The position numbers and the translations under genes were made by a program. A stretch of DNA of 60,078 nucleotides, the filler included, from Nemertoderma westbladi (lineage: Eukaryota > Animalia > Xenacoelomorpha), in assembly GCA_032718475.1 (NCBI GenBank). It is 2 parts of 2 records of this genome, joined end to end, with 100 filler letters (N's around TTAATTAATTAA, not from the genome) between each part and the next. Parts side by side here need not be neighbours in the genome. Positions count along the whole stretch, not along the records: positions 28,661 to 60,078 come from JAUCBJ010005167.1; 1 more part is not named here. The stretch is one strand, 5' to 3'. The notes under the pieces were generated by a model. It saw only the letters and a program-made list of their open reading frames with translations, was not told the DNA's origin and searched no databases. This document shows positions 48,655 to 60,078 of the stretch, one piece after another (within the stretch, counting starts at the first letter, position 1; every line of letters begins with the position of its first letter).

Positions 48655-51600
48655 GCATCCTTAGAGTTAACTATCCGACACATCCTTGAGTTAACTATCC
48701 GACACATCATTAGAGTTAACTATCCGACACATCATTAGAGTTAACTATCCGACACATCGTTAGAATTAACTATCCGACACATCGTTAGAGTTAACTATCC
48801 GACACATCCTTAGTTAACTATCCGACACATCATTAGAGTTAACTATCCGACACATCCTTAGTTAACTATCCGACACATCGTTAGAATTAACTATCCGACA
48901 CATCATTAGAGTTAACTATCCGACACATCCTTAGTTAACTATCCGACACATCGTTAGAGTTAACTATCCTACACATCGTTAGAGTTAACTATCCGACACA
49001 TCCTTAGAGTTAACTATCCGACACATCCTTAGAGTTAACTATCCGACACATCCTTAGTTAACTATCCGACACATCGTTAGAGTTAACTATCCTACACATC
49101 GTTAGAGTTAACTATCCGACACATCCTTAGAGTTAACTATCCGACACATCCTTAGAGTTAACTATCCGACACATCCTTAGAGTTAACTATCCGACACATC
49201 CTTAGTTAACTATCCGACACATCATTAGAGTTAACTATCCGACACATCCTTAGAGTTAACTATCCGACACATCCTTAGAGTTAACTATCCGACACATCCT
49301 TAGAGTTAACTATCAGACACATCCTTAGAGTTAACTATCCGACACATCCTTAGTTAACTATCCGACACATCGTTAGAGTTAACTATCCTACACATCGTTA
49401 GAGTTAACTATCCGACACATCCTTAGAGTTAACTATCCGACACATCATTCGAGTTAACTATCCGACACATCCTTAGAGTTAACTATCCGACACATCGTTA
49501 GAGTTAACTATCCGACACATCGTTAAAGTTAATTATCCGACACATCCTTAGAGTTAACTATCCAACACATCCTTAGAGTTAACTATCCGACACATCCTTA
49601 GAGTTAACTATCCGACACATCCTTAGAGTTAACTATCCTACACATCCTTAGAGTTAACTATCCGACACATCCTTAGTTAACTATCCGACACATCATTAGA
49701 GTTAACTATCCGACACATCCTTAGAGTTAACTATCCTACACATCCTTAGAGTTAACTATCCGACACATCCTTAGTTAACTATCCGACACATCATTCGAGT
49801 TAACTATCCGACACATCCTTAGAGTTAACTATCCGACACATCGTTAGAGTTAACTATCCGACACATCGTTAAAGTTAATTATCCGACACATCCTTAGAGT
49901 TAACTATCCAACACATCCTTAGAGTTAACTATCCGACACATCCTTAGTTAACTATCCGACACATCGTTAGAGTTAACTATCCTACACATCGTTAGAGTTA
50001 ACTATCCGACACATCCTTAGAGTTAACTATCCGACACATCCTTAGAGTTAACTATCCGACACATCCTTAGAGTTAACTATCCTACACATCCTTAGAGTTA
50101 ACTATCCGACACATCCTTAGTTAACTATCCGACACATCATTAGAGTTAACTATCCGACACATCCTTAGAGTTAACTATCCGACACTTCCTTAGAGTTAAC
50201 TATCCGACACATCCTTAGAGTTAACTATCCGACACATCCTTAGTTAACTATCCGACACATCATTAGAGTTAACTATCCGACACATCCTTAGAGTTAACTA
50301 TCCGACACATCCTTAGAGTTAACTATCCGACACATCCTTAGAGTTAACTATCCTACACATCCTTAGAGTTAACTATCCGACACATCCTTAGTTAACTATC
50401 CGACACATCATTAGAGTTAACTATCCGACACATCCTTAGAGTTAACTATCCGACACTTCCTTAGAGTTAACTATCCTACACATCCTTAGAGTTAACTATC
50501 CGACACATCCTTAGTTAACTATCCGACACATCCTTAGAGTTAACTATCCGACACATCCTTGGAGTAAACTATCCGACACATCCTTAGAGTTAACTATCCG
50601 ACATATCCTTAGAGTTAACTATCCGACACATCATTAGAGTTAACTATCCGACACATCGTTAGAGTTAACTATCCGACACATAATTAGAGTTAACTATCCG
50701 ACACATCCTTAGAGTTAACTATCCGACATATCCTTAGAGTTAACTATCCGACACATCATTAGAGTTAATTAACTATCCGACACATCCTTAGAGTTAACTA
50801 TCCGACACACCATTAGAGTTAACTATCCTACACATCCTTAGAGTTAACTATCCGACACATCCTTAGTTAACTATCCGACACATCATTAGAGTTAACTATC
50901 CGACACATCCTTAGAGTTAACTATCCGACACATCATTAGAGTTAACTATCCAACACATCATTAGAGTTAACTATCCGACACATCGTTAGAGTTAACTATC
51001 CGACACATCGTTAGAGTTAACTATCCGACACATCATTAGAGTTAACTATCCGACACATCCTTAGTTAACTATCCGACACATCGTTAGAGTTAACTATCCG
51101 ACACATCGTTAGAGTTAACTATCCGACACATCGTTAGAGTTAACTATCCGACACATCCTTAGAGTTAATTAACTATCCGACACATCCTTAGAGTTAACTA
51201 TCCGACACATCATTAGAGTTAACTATCCTACACATCCTTAGAGTTAACTATCCGACACATCCTTAGAGTTAACTATCCGACATATCGTTAGAGTTAACTA
51301 TCCGACACATCGTTAGAGTTAACTATCCGACACATCCTTAGAGTGAACTATCCGACACATCCTTAGTTAAATATCCGACACATCCTTAGAGTTAACTATC
51401 CGACACATCGTTAGAGTTAACTATCCGACACATCCTTAGAGTTAACTATCCGACACATCCTTAGTTAACTATCTGACACATCGTTGGAGTTAACTATCCG
51501 ACACATCATTAGAGTTAACTATCCGACACATCCTTAGAGTTAACTATCAGACACATCATTAGAGTTAAATATGAGACACATCATTAGAGTTAACTATCCG

Positions 51601-54213
51601 ACACATCTTTGGAGTTAACTATCCGACACATCATTCGAGTTAACTATCCGACACATCCTTGGAGATAACTATCCGACACATCCTTAGTTAACTATCCGAC
51701 ATATCGTTATAGTTAACTATCCGACACATCCTTGGAGTTAACTATCCGACACATCCTTAGAGTTAACTATCCGACACATCCTTAGAGTTAACTATCCGAC
51801 ACATCCTTAGTTAACTATCCAACACATCGTTAGAGTTAACTATCCGACATATCCTTAGAGTTAACTATCCGACACACCCTTAGAGTTAACTATCCGACAC
51901 ATCCTTAGAGTTAACTATCCGACACATCCTTGGAGTTAACTATCCGACACATCCTTAGTGAACTATCCGACACATCGTTAAAGTTAATTATCCGACACAT
52001 CCTTGGAGTTAACTATCCGACACATCCTTAGAGTTAACTATCCGACATATCCTTGGAGTTAACTATCCGACACATCCTTAGAGTTAACTATGCGACACAT
52101 CGTTAGAATTAACAATCCTACACATCGTTAGAGTTAACTATCACGCACATCCTTGGAGTTAACTATCCGACACATCCTTAGTTAACTATCCGACACATCC
52201 TTAGTTAACTATCCGACACATCGTTAGAGTTAACTATCCGACACATCGTTAGAGTTAACTATAACTATCCGACACATCATTAGAGTTAACTATCCGACAC
52301 ATTCTTAGAGTTAACTATCCGACACATCCTTAGAGTTAACTATCAGACACATCCTTAGAGTTAACTATCCGACACATCCTTAGTTAACTATCCGACACAT
52401 CGTTAGAGTTAACTATCCTACACATCGTTAGAGTTAACTATCCGACACATCCTTAGAGTTAACTATCCGACACATCCTTAGAGTTAACTATCCGACACAT
52501 CCTTAGAGTTAACTATCCGACACATCATTAGAGTTAACTATCCGACACATCCTTAGAGTTAACTATCCGACACATCCTTAGAGTTAACTATCCGACACAT
52601 CCTTAGAGTTAACTATCAGACACATCCTTAGAGTTAACTATCCGACACATCCTTAGTTAACTATCCGACACATCGTTAGAGTTAACTATCCTACACATCG
52701 TTAGAGTTAACTATCCGACACATCCTTAGAGTTAACTATCCGACACATCCTTAGAGTTAACTATCCGACACATCCTTAGTTAACTATCCGACACATCGTT
52801 AGAGTTAACTATCCGACACATCGTTAGAGTTAACTATCCTACACATCGTTAGAGTTAACTATCCGACACATCCTTAGAGTTAACTATCCGACACATCCTT
52901 AGAGTTAACTATCCGACACATCCTTAGAGTTAACTATCCGACACATCCTTAGTTAACTATCCGACACATCGTTAGAGTTAACTATCCGACACATCGTTAG
53001 AGTTAACTATAACTATCCGACACATCATTAGAGTTAACTATCCGACACATTCTTAGAGTTAACTATCCGACACATCCTTAGAGTTAACTATCCAACACAT
53101 CCTTAGAGTTAACTATCAGACACATCCTTAGAGTAAACTATCCGACACATCCTTAGTTAACTATCCGACACATCCTTAGAGTTAACTATCCGACACATCC
53201 TTAGAGTTAACTATCCGACACATCCTTAGAGTTAACTATCCGACATATCGTTAGAGTTAACTATCCGACACATCGTTAGAGTTAACTATCCGACACATCC
53301 TTAGAGTGAACTATCCGACACATCCTTAGTTAAATATCCGACACATCCTTAGAGTTAACTATCCGACACATCGTTAGAGTTAACTATCCGACACATCCTT
53401 AGAGTTAACTATCCGACACATCCTTAGTTAACTATCTGACACATCGTTGGAGTTAACTATCCGACACATCATTAGAGTTAACTATCCGACACATCCTTAG
53501 AGTTAACTATCAGACACATCATTAGAGTTAAATATGAGACACATCATTAGAGTTAACTATCCGACACATCCTTGGAGTTAACTATCCGACACATCATTCG
53601 AGTTAACTATCCGACACATCCTTGGAGTTAACTATCCGACATATCCTTAGAGTTAACTATCCTACACATCCTTAGTTAACTATCCGACACATCCTTAGAG
53701 TTAACTATCCGACACATCCTTAGAGTTAACTATCCGACACATCCTTAGAGTTAACTATCCGACACATCCTAAGAGTTAACTGTCCGACACATCCTTAGTT
53801 AACTATCCGACACATCCTTAGTTAACTATCCGACACATCCTTAGAGTTAACTATCCGACACATCCTTAGAGTTAACTATCCGACACATCCTTAGAGTTAA
53901 CTATCCGACACATCCTTAGAGTTAACTATCCGACACATCATTAGAGTTAACTATCCGACACATCCTTAGAGTTAACTATCCGACACATCCTTAGAGTTAA
54001 CTATCCGACACATCCTTAGAGTTAACTATCCGACACATCCTTAGTTAACTATCCGACACATCGTTAAAGTTAATTATCCGACACATCCTTAGAGTTAACT
54101 ATCCGACACATCCTTAGAGTTAACTATCCGACACATCCTTAGAGTTAACTATCCGACACATCCTTAGAGTTAACTATCCGACACATCGTTAGAGTTAACT
54201 ATCCGACACATCC
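48655..54213 (+). repeat. 25-bp satellite TTAGAGTTAACTATCCGACACATCC (23-bp variants), about 5.6 kb
   Basis: Direct reading; contiguous units with no spacers. Confidence 0.97.
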
Positions 54214-55013
54214 ATGTGAAACAGAAGGCCTACCAGAACCGCTATTAATTGTACCGTCCTAGCCTACACCAGGCTTCAAACCAAAGTAATAATGCATTTT
54301 AAGTTCTGTATTAAAGTGAAATATAATTAATTCTTTTTTTTTTTTATTGATCTAAACTAAACCTTGATGTATAAATTATGAATAATAGAGGCTCGACACT
54401 CAAAAACAAAGAAAAAGCCACAAGTTTTTTGCATCAACTGGAGGCCAAACTAGAGCTTATTAGTAGATTATAACTTTATATAGATTATTATTCAGCGACC
54501 TTCAATTCACTTAATCACTTCCCACATTCCCTGTCCTTTATTTATCTTTTAATCGGATCAGACGGAAGTTAATTTTTTTAATGTTTCAAGAATTTAATAA
54601 AATATGTGTAACGAATTACCGAATTATTCTTTGTACACCAATGAGCATTATTACAAATATAATAAACTGGTAGGTAAATCGGTCAGGATCTTTTAATATT
54701 AACTTTCTTCAATAATTATTTATAAGTCACCGAAGGTAACACTAATTATTATTGGGGATTAATTCCGTTCACGTTTCTGGGGAATTTCGGTTGATGTCAA
54801 AGTTTCTAATAGAATATTCATGATATGGTATAACCTTAGGTTGCCTTTTCTTTGTGTTGCTTGTGAAGTTCGATCGATCTCTGTTACTGTGGCATTTCGC
54901 CAAATAGTATAATATTATGCCGGATTAGAATAGGGTTGATTACCCATGCTGATAAATGAATGCCGAAGCGGCCTGTGGGATATAGTATAGGGTGATCGTG
55001 GGCGTGTAGGCCT

Positions 55014-55843
55014 ACTGCATGTTTGGTAGTGCGCTGCATGTGTGATACCGTTGGTTGCTCGTGTGCTGCATGTTTGATACCGTTGGTTGCTCGTGTGCTG
55101 CATGTTTGATACCGTTAGTTGCTCGTGTGCTGCATGTTTGATACCGTTAGTTGCTCGTGCGCTGCATGTGTGATACCGTTGGTTGCTCGTGTGCTGCATG
55201 TTTGATACCGTTGGTTGCTCGTGTGCTGCATGTTTGATACCGTTAGTTGCTCGTGTGCTGCTTGTCTGGTTCCGTTGGTTGGCGTGTGCTGCATATAATT
55301 GATCGTGTCATGCATGTTTGGTTCCATTGGATGGTCGTGTGCTGCATGTTTGGTTCCGTTGGTTGGCCGTGTGCTGCATGTTTGGTATCGTTGTTTGGTC
55401 GTGTGCTGCATGTCTGGTTCCATTGTTTGGTAGTACGCTGGATGTTTGATACAGTTGGTTGGTCGTGTGCTGCATGTTTGATGCCGTTGGTTGTTCGTGT
55501 GCTGCATGTTTGATGCCGTTGGTTGGTCGTGTGCTGCATGTTTGGTATCGTTGTTTGGTCGTGTGATGCATGTTTGGATCCGTTGGTTGGTCGTGCGCTG
55601 CTTGTTTGGTTCCGATGGTTGGTAGTGTGCTGCATGTCTGGTTCCATTGTTTCGTAGTACGCCGGTTCTTTGATACAGTTGGTTGGTCGTGTGCTGCATG
55701 TTTGATGCCGTTGTTTGGTCGTGTGCTGCATGTTTGGTTCCGTTGGATGGTCGTATGCTGCATGTTTGGTTCCGTTGGATGGTCGTGTGCTGCATGTTTG
55801 GTTCCGTTGGATGGTCGTGTGCTGCATGTTTGGTTCCGTTGGT
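55014..55843 (+). repeat. 32-bp minisatellite TGCTGCATGTTTGATACCGTTGGTTGCTCGTG (about 26 copies)
   Basis: Direct reading; 32-aa periodicity in the spurious ORFs. Confidence 0.92.
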
Positions 55844-55979
55844 AATACATTGTTGTTAATTATTATTTCGTTATATTATTGTTATATAATATCTAATATA
55901 TCGTTATATTTTGTAATCCTGACTTTTTTTCTAAAAAAAATTGGGAAATTGAAATATCACTTCAGCAATTTGTTTTGGC

Positions 55980-56422
55980 AGCAACCAAACATCATGGGTC
56001 ATGATCATCCCGGAAAGTAAAATATATGACAAGATATTACCGATAGAAACAGGGACTTTACACCTGCCGAACTCCCGAGAAGCATTAAAGCCAATCATAA
56101 AGTGAGTTGAATAGATGAATTCCCTGGGAGAAACCAGTACCACGGAGACTGGTGGAAGGAATTTAGTCAATGAGCTCTCCGGAACGCCGATTACAGTTCA
56201 GTGAGCACTCCATTCCTGGAGAAGTAAACATGATGTCATATCAGAGCTACTTTTCTGGAAACCAACACAAGGAAGGCGTAGCCGTGGACGACCAGATGAC
56301 TTCTATAGACCAACGAATAGTGGACTTTGGAGAAACGCAATTGCGACAACCATGGTGATGGAGAATCGGAAACGATCTCGATTTCCAATGTTCTAGTTCG
56401 CTCAAACTAGTAGTAGTAGTAG
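55980..56422 (+). pseudogene. Degraded RTE-clade LINE 3' end
   Basis: Frameshifted ERRLQFSEH / WRSKHDVISELLFWKPTQGRRSRGRP / MENRKR, ending in a (TAG)n tail. Confidence 0.7.
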
Positions 56423-56649
56423 AGTGGGGTAACATTTGTGTTACGTTAGGTTTTAAGAAACCTTGTCAATTAAATAATTCATTAATAAAAATTTAGTACT
56501 CAAGTACACAGCTCCTACCAGACACTATATAATATTGGGAGTAATTTCTTCTCATTTGAACAATGTTATCTGAAATATTCCCGCACCAACCCTTTTACTG
56601 TATTTGATTAGTGTTTAATTTATTTTATTTGTTGTATTTTTGATTTTAG

Positions 56650-56870
56650 ATCAAAGGAAGTTATGGGTAAGAAACAACCCTGCAGTGATAATGAATGCGA
56701 CCCCGGAAATCACGGTCAGCTTCCAGTCACTACCAAGGAACACATTATTATCACCTGGGTGAGCGTCCTCTTATTAGCTGTTTCCATGGCAATACTCCTG
56801 CTCGCCTATAGGATAATTATATGGAAAGCTTCGAGTGACTACAATAAACTAGGGAAGTCGGATGAAGCCG
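56650..56870 (+). CDS. Exon encoding the transmembrane helix
   Basis: ttttAG / GTtagt; SKEVMGKKQPCSDNECDP...IIITWVSVLLLAVSMAILLLAYRIIIWK; phase 2 in, phase 1 out. Confidence 0.75.
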
Positions 56871-57250
56871 GTTAGTATTATGATAAATTTCTTAAAAATG
56901 TAAAAATCTGGTAAAAAGTTTGTGGAAGTAGGCCTAGAACATTTCTAAAATGTTCGTCATTCGTCACGTTTTGTTGTGAATAAAATAAACTTTAATTATT
57001 TCGCCCAACTACGACATTAACGTAATTTAATGTTGTCTACCTGGACTCACACTAAGCAACTTTTTGTTATTGTTACAGCAAATTGTTTCAGCATCTTATC
57101 TTCAGCTCAGTTAAGCATTTAGGTTGTTTCCCACCTTGGTTTAGCTTACCGCTTATGGAATAGATTTTGTTACTACTGTATTATATATTAAAAGTCTTAA
57201 ATTAACTCATATTTAAAGGCGCTAAATTCTAATTATTGTTAATTTTACAG

Positions 57251-57594
57251 TTTCGATTGAGTTCGGAGTCCCACGAGCTTCTCAACTTCCCAAGTCTCTG
57301 TTCTTCACTCGATTAGCTAGTCGCGAGCGGTTGCCCTCGTCTAGACCAGTAAGCGCTCCGCTGTTCAGGGCCGGATCCTGCGGTGACATATTATCCAAGA
57401 AGTTGTCGGAGCACAACCGTATCGGCTACTCCTTGGAGACCTCCCCACGATTACAGAGTAACCGCCGGTTCAGTGAGACCTCCAGCGGTTTTGCAATGTA
57501 TTCAATCCGACCACATGCTCCAAATTACCCCCCGCCACCGCCTTACCCAATCGGGGGCGCTAAAATAAACGCCAGTTATGAATCATCATTTTGA
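57251..57594 (+). CDS. Terminal exon: cytoplasmic tail with a PPxY motif
   Basis: tttacAG acceptor, phase 1 matches the previous exon; VSIEFGVPR...NYPPPPPYPIGG...YESSF*; AATAAA near 58143. Confidence 0.75.
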
Positions 57595-58227
57595 AACAGA
57601 TTAATTCTGTAATTTTGATATTATTTTTGTGATCTCATTGTGCCTTATCTTGTAAACTACGCGATATCATTCTACTTACTACTATATAGTACCATCTTGT
57701 GACGTTAGATGGTGCTATCATGTACAAAGCAAAGTCTATTGAACTGTAGAGTAATCTATGCACAGCAGTACTTATTACACTTATATTATAAAGTTATATA
57801 TTATTGATAACTGCAAAACGTTGGTCGTTCTACCAGATATTATTTGTATATATCGAATTACTTTGGAAGCAATTGATGATGCTGGCATCAATTTAATTCC
57901 AACATTTTATAATATTTTTTATAACATGAACAATATATTTTAATTAGTCCATGAGCTATGCTCCTAGCATTTTTACTGCGTTTTACTACTACCAGTACTG
58001 ACTTTGTAATATTTATGTAAGTTTTTAAAAGTAGTTTAATTAAAGTAGCCAGCTTACCAGCTCAAACCATAAATGAGATCAAATATTACCGATTTACTTA
58101 ATTAATACGCCTAAAATAGAGTTCGTGATATTTTTATTGATAAATAAATAATTGGCACATTATATTTGAATACTTTGCGGTGTAAAAAGGATAAATAGAA
58201 CTCTTAGAAACTGTGTTAGGCTCGGAT

Positions 58228-60045
58228 GTATATACTACTGGTATAATAGTAGCGAGCTACTACTGTATATACTACTGGTATAATAGTAGCGAGCTACTAC
58301 TGGTATAATAGTAGCGAGCTACTACTGTATATACTACTGGTATAATAGTAGCGAGCTACTACTGTATATACTACTGGTATAATAGTAGCGAGCTACTACT
58401 GTATATACTACTGGTATAATAGTAGCGAGCTACTACTGTATATACTACTGGTATAATAGTAGCGAGCTACTACTGTAAGTACTACTGGTATAATAGTAGC
58501 GAGCTACTACTGGTATAATAGTAACGAGCTACTACTGGTATAATAGTAGCGAGCTACTACTGGTATAATAGTAGCGAGCTACTACTGGTATAATGTTAGC
58601 GAGCTACTACTTGTATAATAGCGAGCTACTACTGTATATACTACTGGTATAATAGTAGCGAGCTACTACTGGTATAATAGTAGCGAGCTACTACTGGTAT
58701 AATAGTAGCGAGCTACCACTGGTATAATAGTAGCGAGCTACTACTGTATATACTACTGGTATAATAGTAGCGAGCTATTACTGTATATACTACTGGTATA
58801 ATAGTAGCGAGCTACTACTGTATATACTACTGGTATAATAGTAGCGAGCTACTACTGTAAGTACTACTGGTATAATAGTAGCGAGCTACTACTGGTATAA
58901 TAGTAACGAGCTACTACTGGTATAATAGTAGCGAGCTACTACTGGTATAATGTTAGCGAGCTACTACTTGTATAATAGCGAGCTACTACTGTATATACTA
59001 CTGGTATAATAGTAGCGACCTACTACTGGTATAATAGTAGCGAGCTACTACTGTATATACTACTGTTATAATAGTAGCGAGCTACTACTGGTATAATAGT
59101 AGCGAGCTACTACTGGTATAATAGTAGCGAGCTACTACTGTATATACTACTGGTATAATAGTAGCGAGCTACTACTGTATATACTACTGGTATAATAGTA
59201 GCGAGCTACTACTGGTATAATAGTAGCGAGCTACTACTGGTATAATAGTAGCGAGCTACTACTGTATATACTACTGGTATAATAGTAGCGAGCTACTACT
59301 GTATTTACCATAATAGTAGCGAGCTACTACTGGTATAATAGTTGCGAGCTACTACTGGTATAATAGTAGCGAGCTACTACTGTATATACTACTGGTATAA
59401 TAGTAGCGAGCTACTACTGTATATACTACTGGTATAATAGTAGCGAGCTACTACTGGTATAATAGTAGCGAGCTACTACTGGTATAATAGTAGCGAGCTA
59501 CTACTGGTATAATAGTAGCGAGCTACTACTGTATATACTACTGGTATAATAGTAGCGAGCTACTACTGTATTTACCATAATAGTAGCGAGCTACTACTGG
59601 TATAATAGTTGCGAGCTACTACTGGTATAATAGTAGCGAGCTACTACTGTATATACTACTGGTATAATAGTAGCGAGCTACTACTGTATTTACCATAATA
59701 GTAGCGAGCTACTACTGGTATAATAGTAGCGAGCTACTACTGGTATAATAGTAGCGAGCTACTAATGTATTTACCATAATAGTAGCGAGCTACTACTGGT
59801 ATAATAGTAACGAGCTACTACTGGTATAATAGTAGCGAGCTACTACTGGTATAATAGTAGCGAGCTACTACTGGTATAATAGCGAGCTACTACTGTATAT
59901 ACTACTGGTATAATAGTAGCGAGCTACTACTGTATATACTACTGTTATAATAGTAGCGAGCTACTACTGGTATAATAGTAGCGAGCTACTACTGGTATAA
60001 TAGTAGCGAGCTACTACTGTATAAACTACTGGTATAATAGTAGCA
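58228..60045 (+). repeat. Satellite of mixed 25-bp (GAGCTACTACTGGTATAATAGTAGC) and 37-bp units
   Basis: Direct reading; the 37-bp variant adds TATATACTACTG. Confidence 0.96.
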
Positions 60046-60078
60046 GGAGTAGTAGTACATACTACTTCAGTTACTGAA

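Noticed and set aside
48655-54213. CRISPR-like array (also considered for 30470-31420, 47585-48285, 58228-60045 and 4010-6740)
   Set aside because: Units are contiguous with no unique spacers, there are no cas genes, and the context is eukaryotic
55982-56101. Phase-compatible candidate exon (NQTSWVMIIPESKIYDKILPIET...)
   Set aside because: It overlaps what reads as an RTE LINE remnant, and exon 48501 joins 56650 in phase without it; exonisation is not excluded

Overview
Repeat-rich eukaryotic genomic DNA, most likely from an invertebrate animal. There are no prokaryotic operons or CRISPR arrays. 1-17.8 kb holds nested LTR retrotransposons: a near-intact + strand BEL/Pao element with an unusual 3' module (palindromic tandem array, an inserted 2.2-kb solo LTR, an extra CCHC zinc-knuckle ORF, a hairpin-rich PPT/LTR), joined tail-to-tail to a decayed - strand BEL/Pao element. 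A tRNA-headed SINE family has 2 full copies with TSDs plus fragments, and there are CR1-like, RTE-like and other LINE remnants. Host genes are the 2-kb terminal exon of topoisomerase III alpha with a Gly-rich minisatellite expansion, an intronless LRR gene apparently nested in its intron, and a spliced + strand single-pass membrane protein gene with a PPxY tail. An N-gap with an artificial TTAATTAATTAA linker lies at 28.6 kb. DNA transposons include a Kolobok-like element (TTAA TSD), a 9-bp-TSD MITE, and a foldback-like family with GCCCATGTGAA termini and 7-bp TSDs. Several satellites occur (21, 25, 32, 25/37 and 68 bp units). All calls come from reading the sequence by eye; no searches were run.
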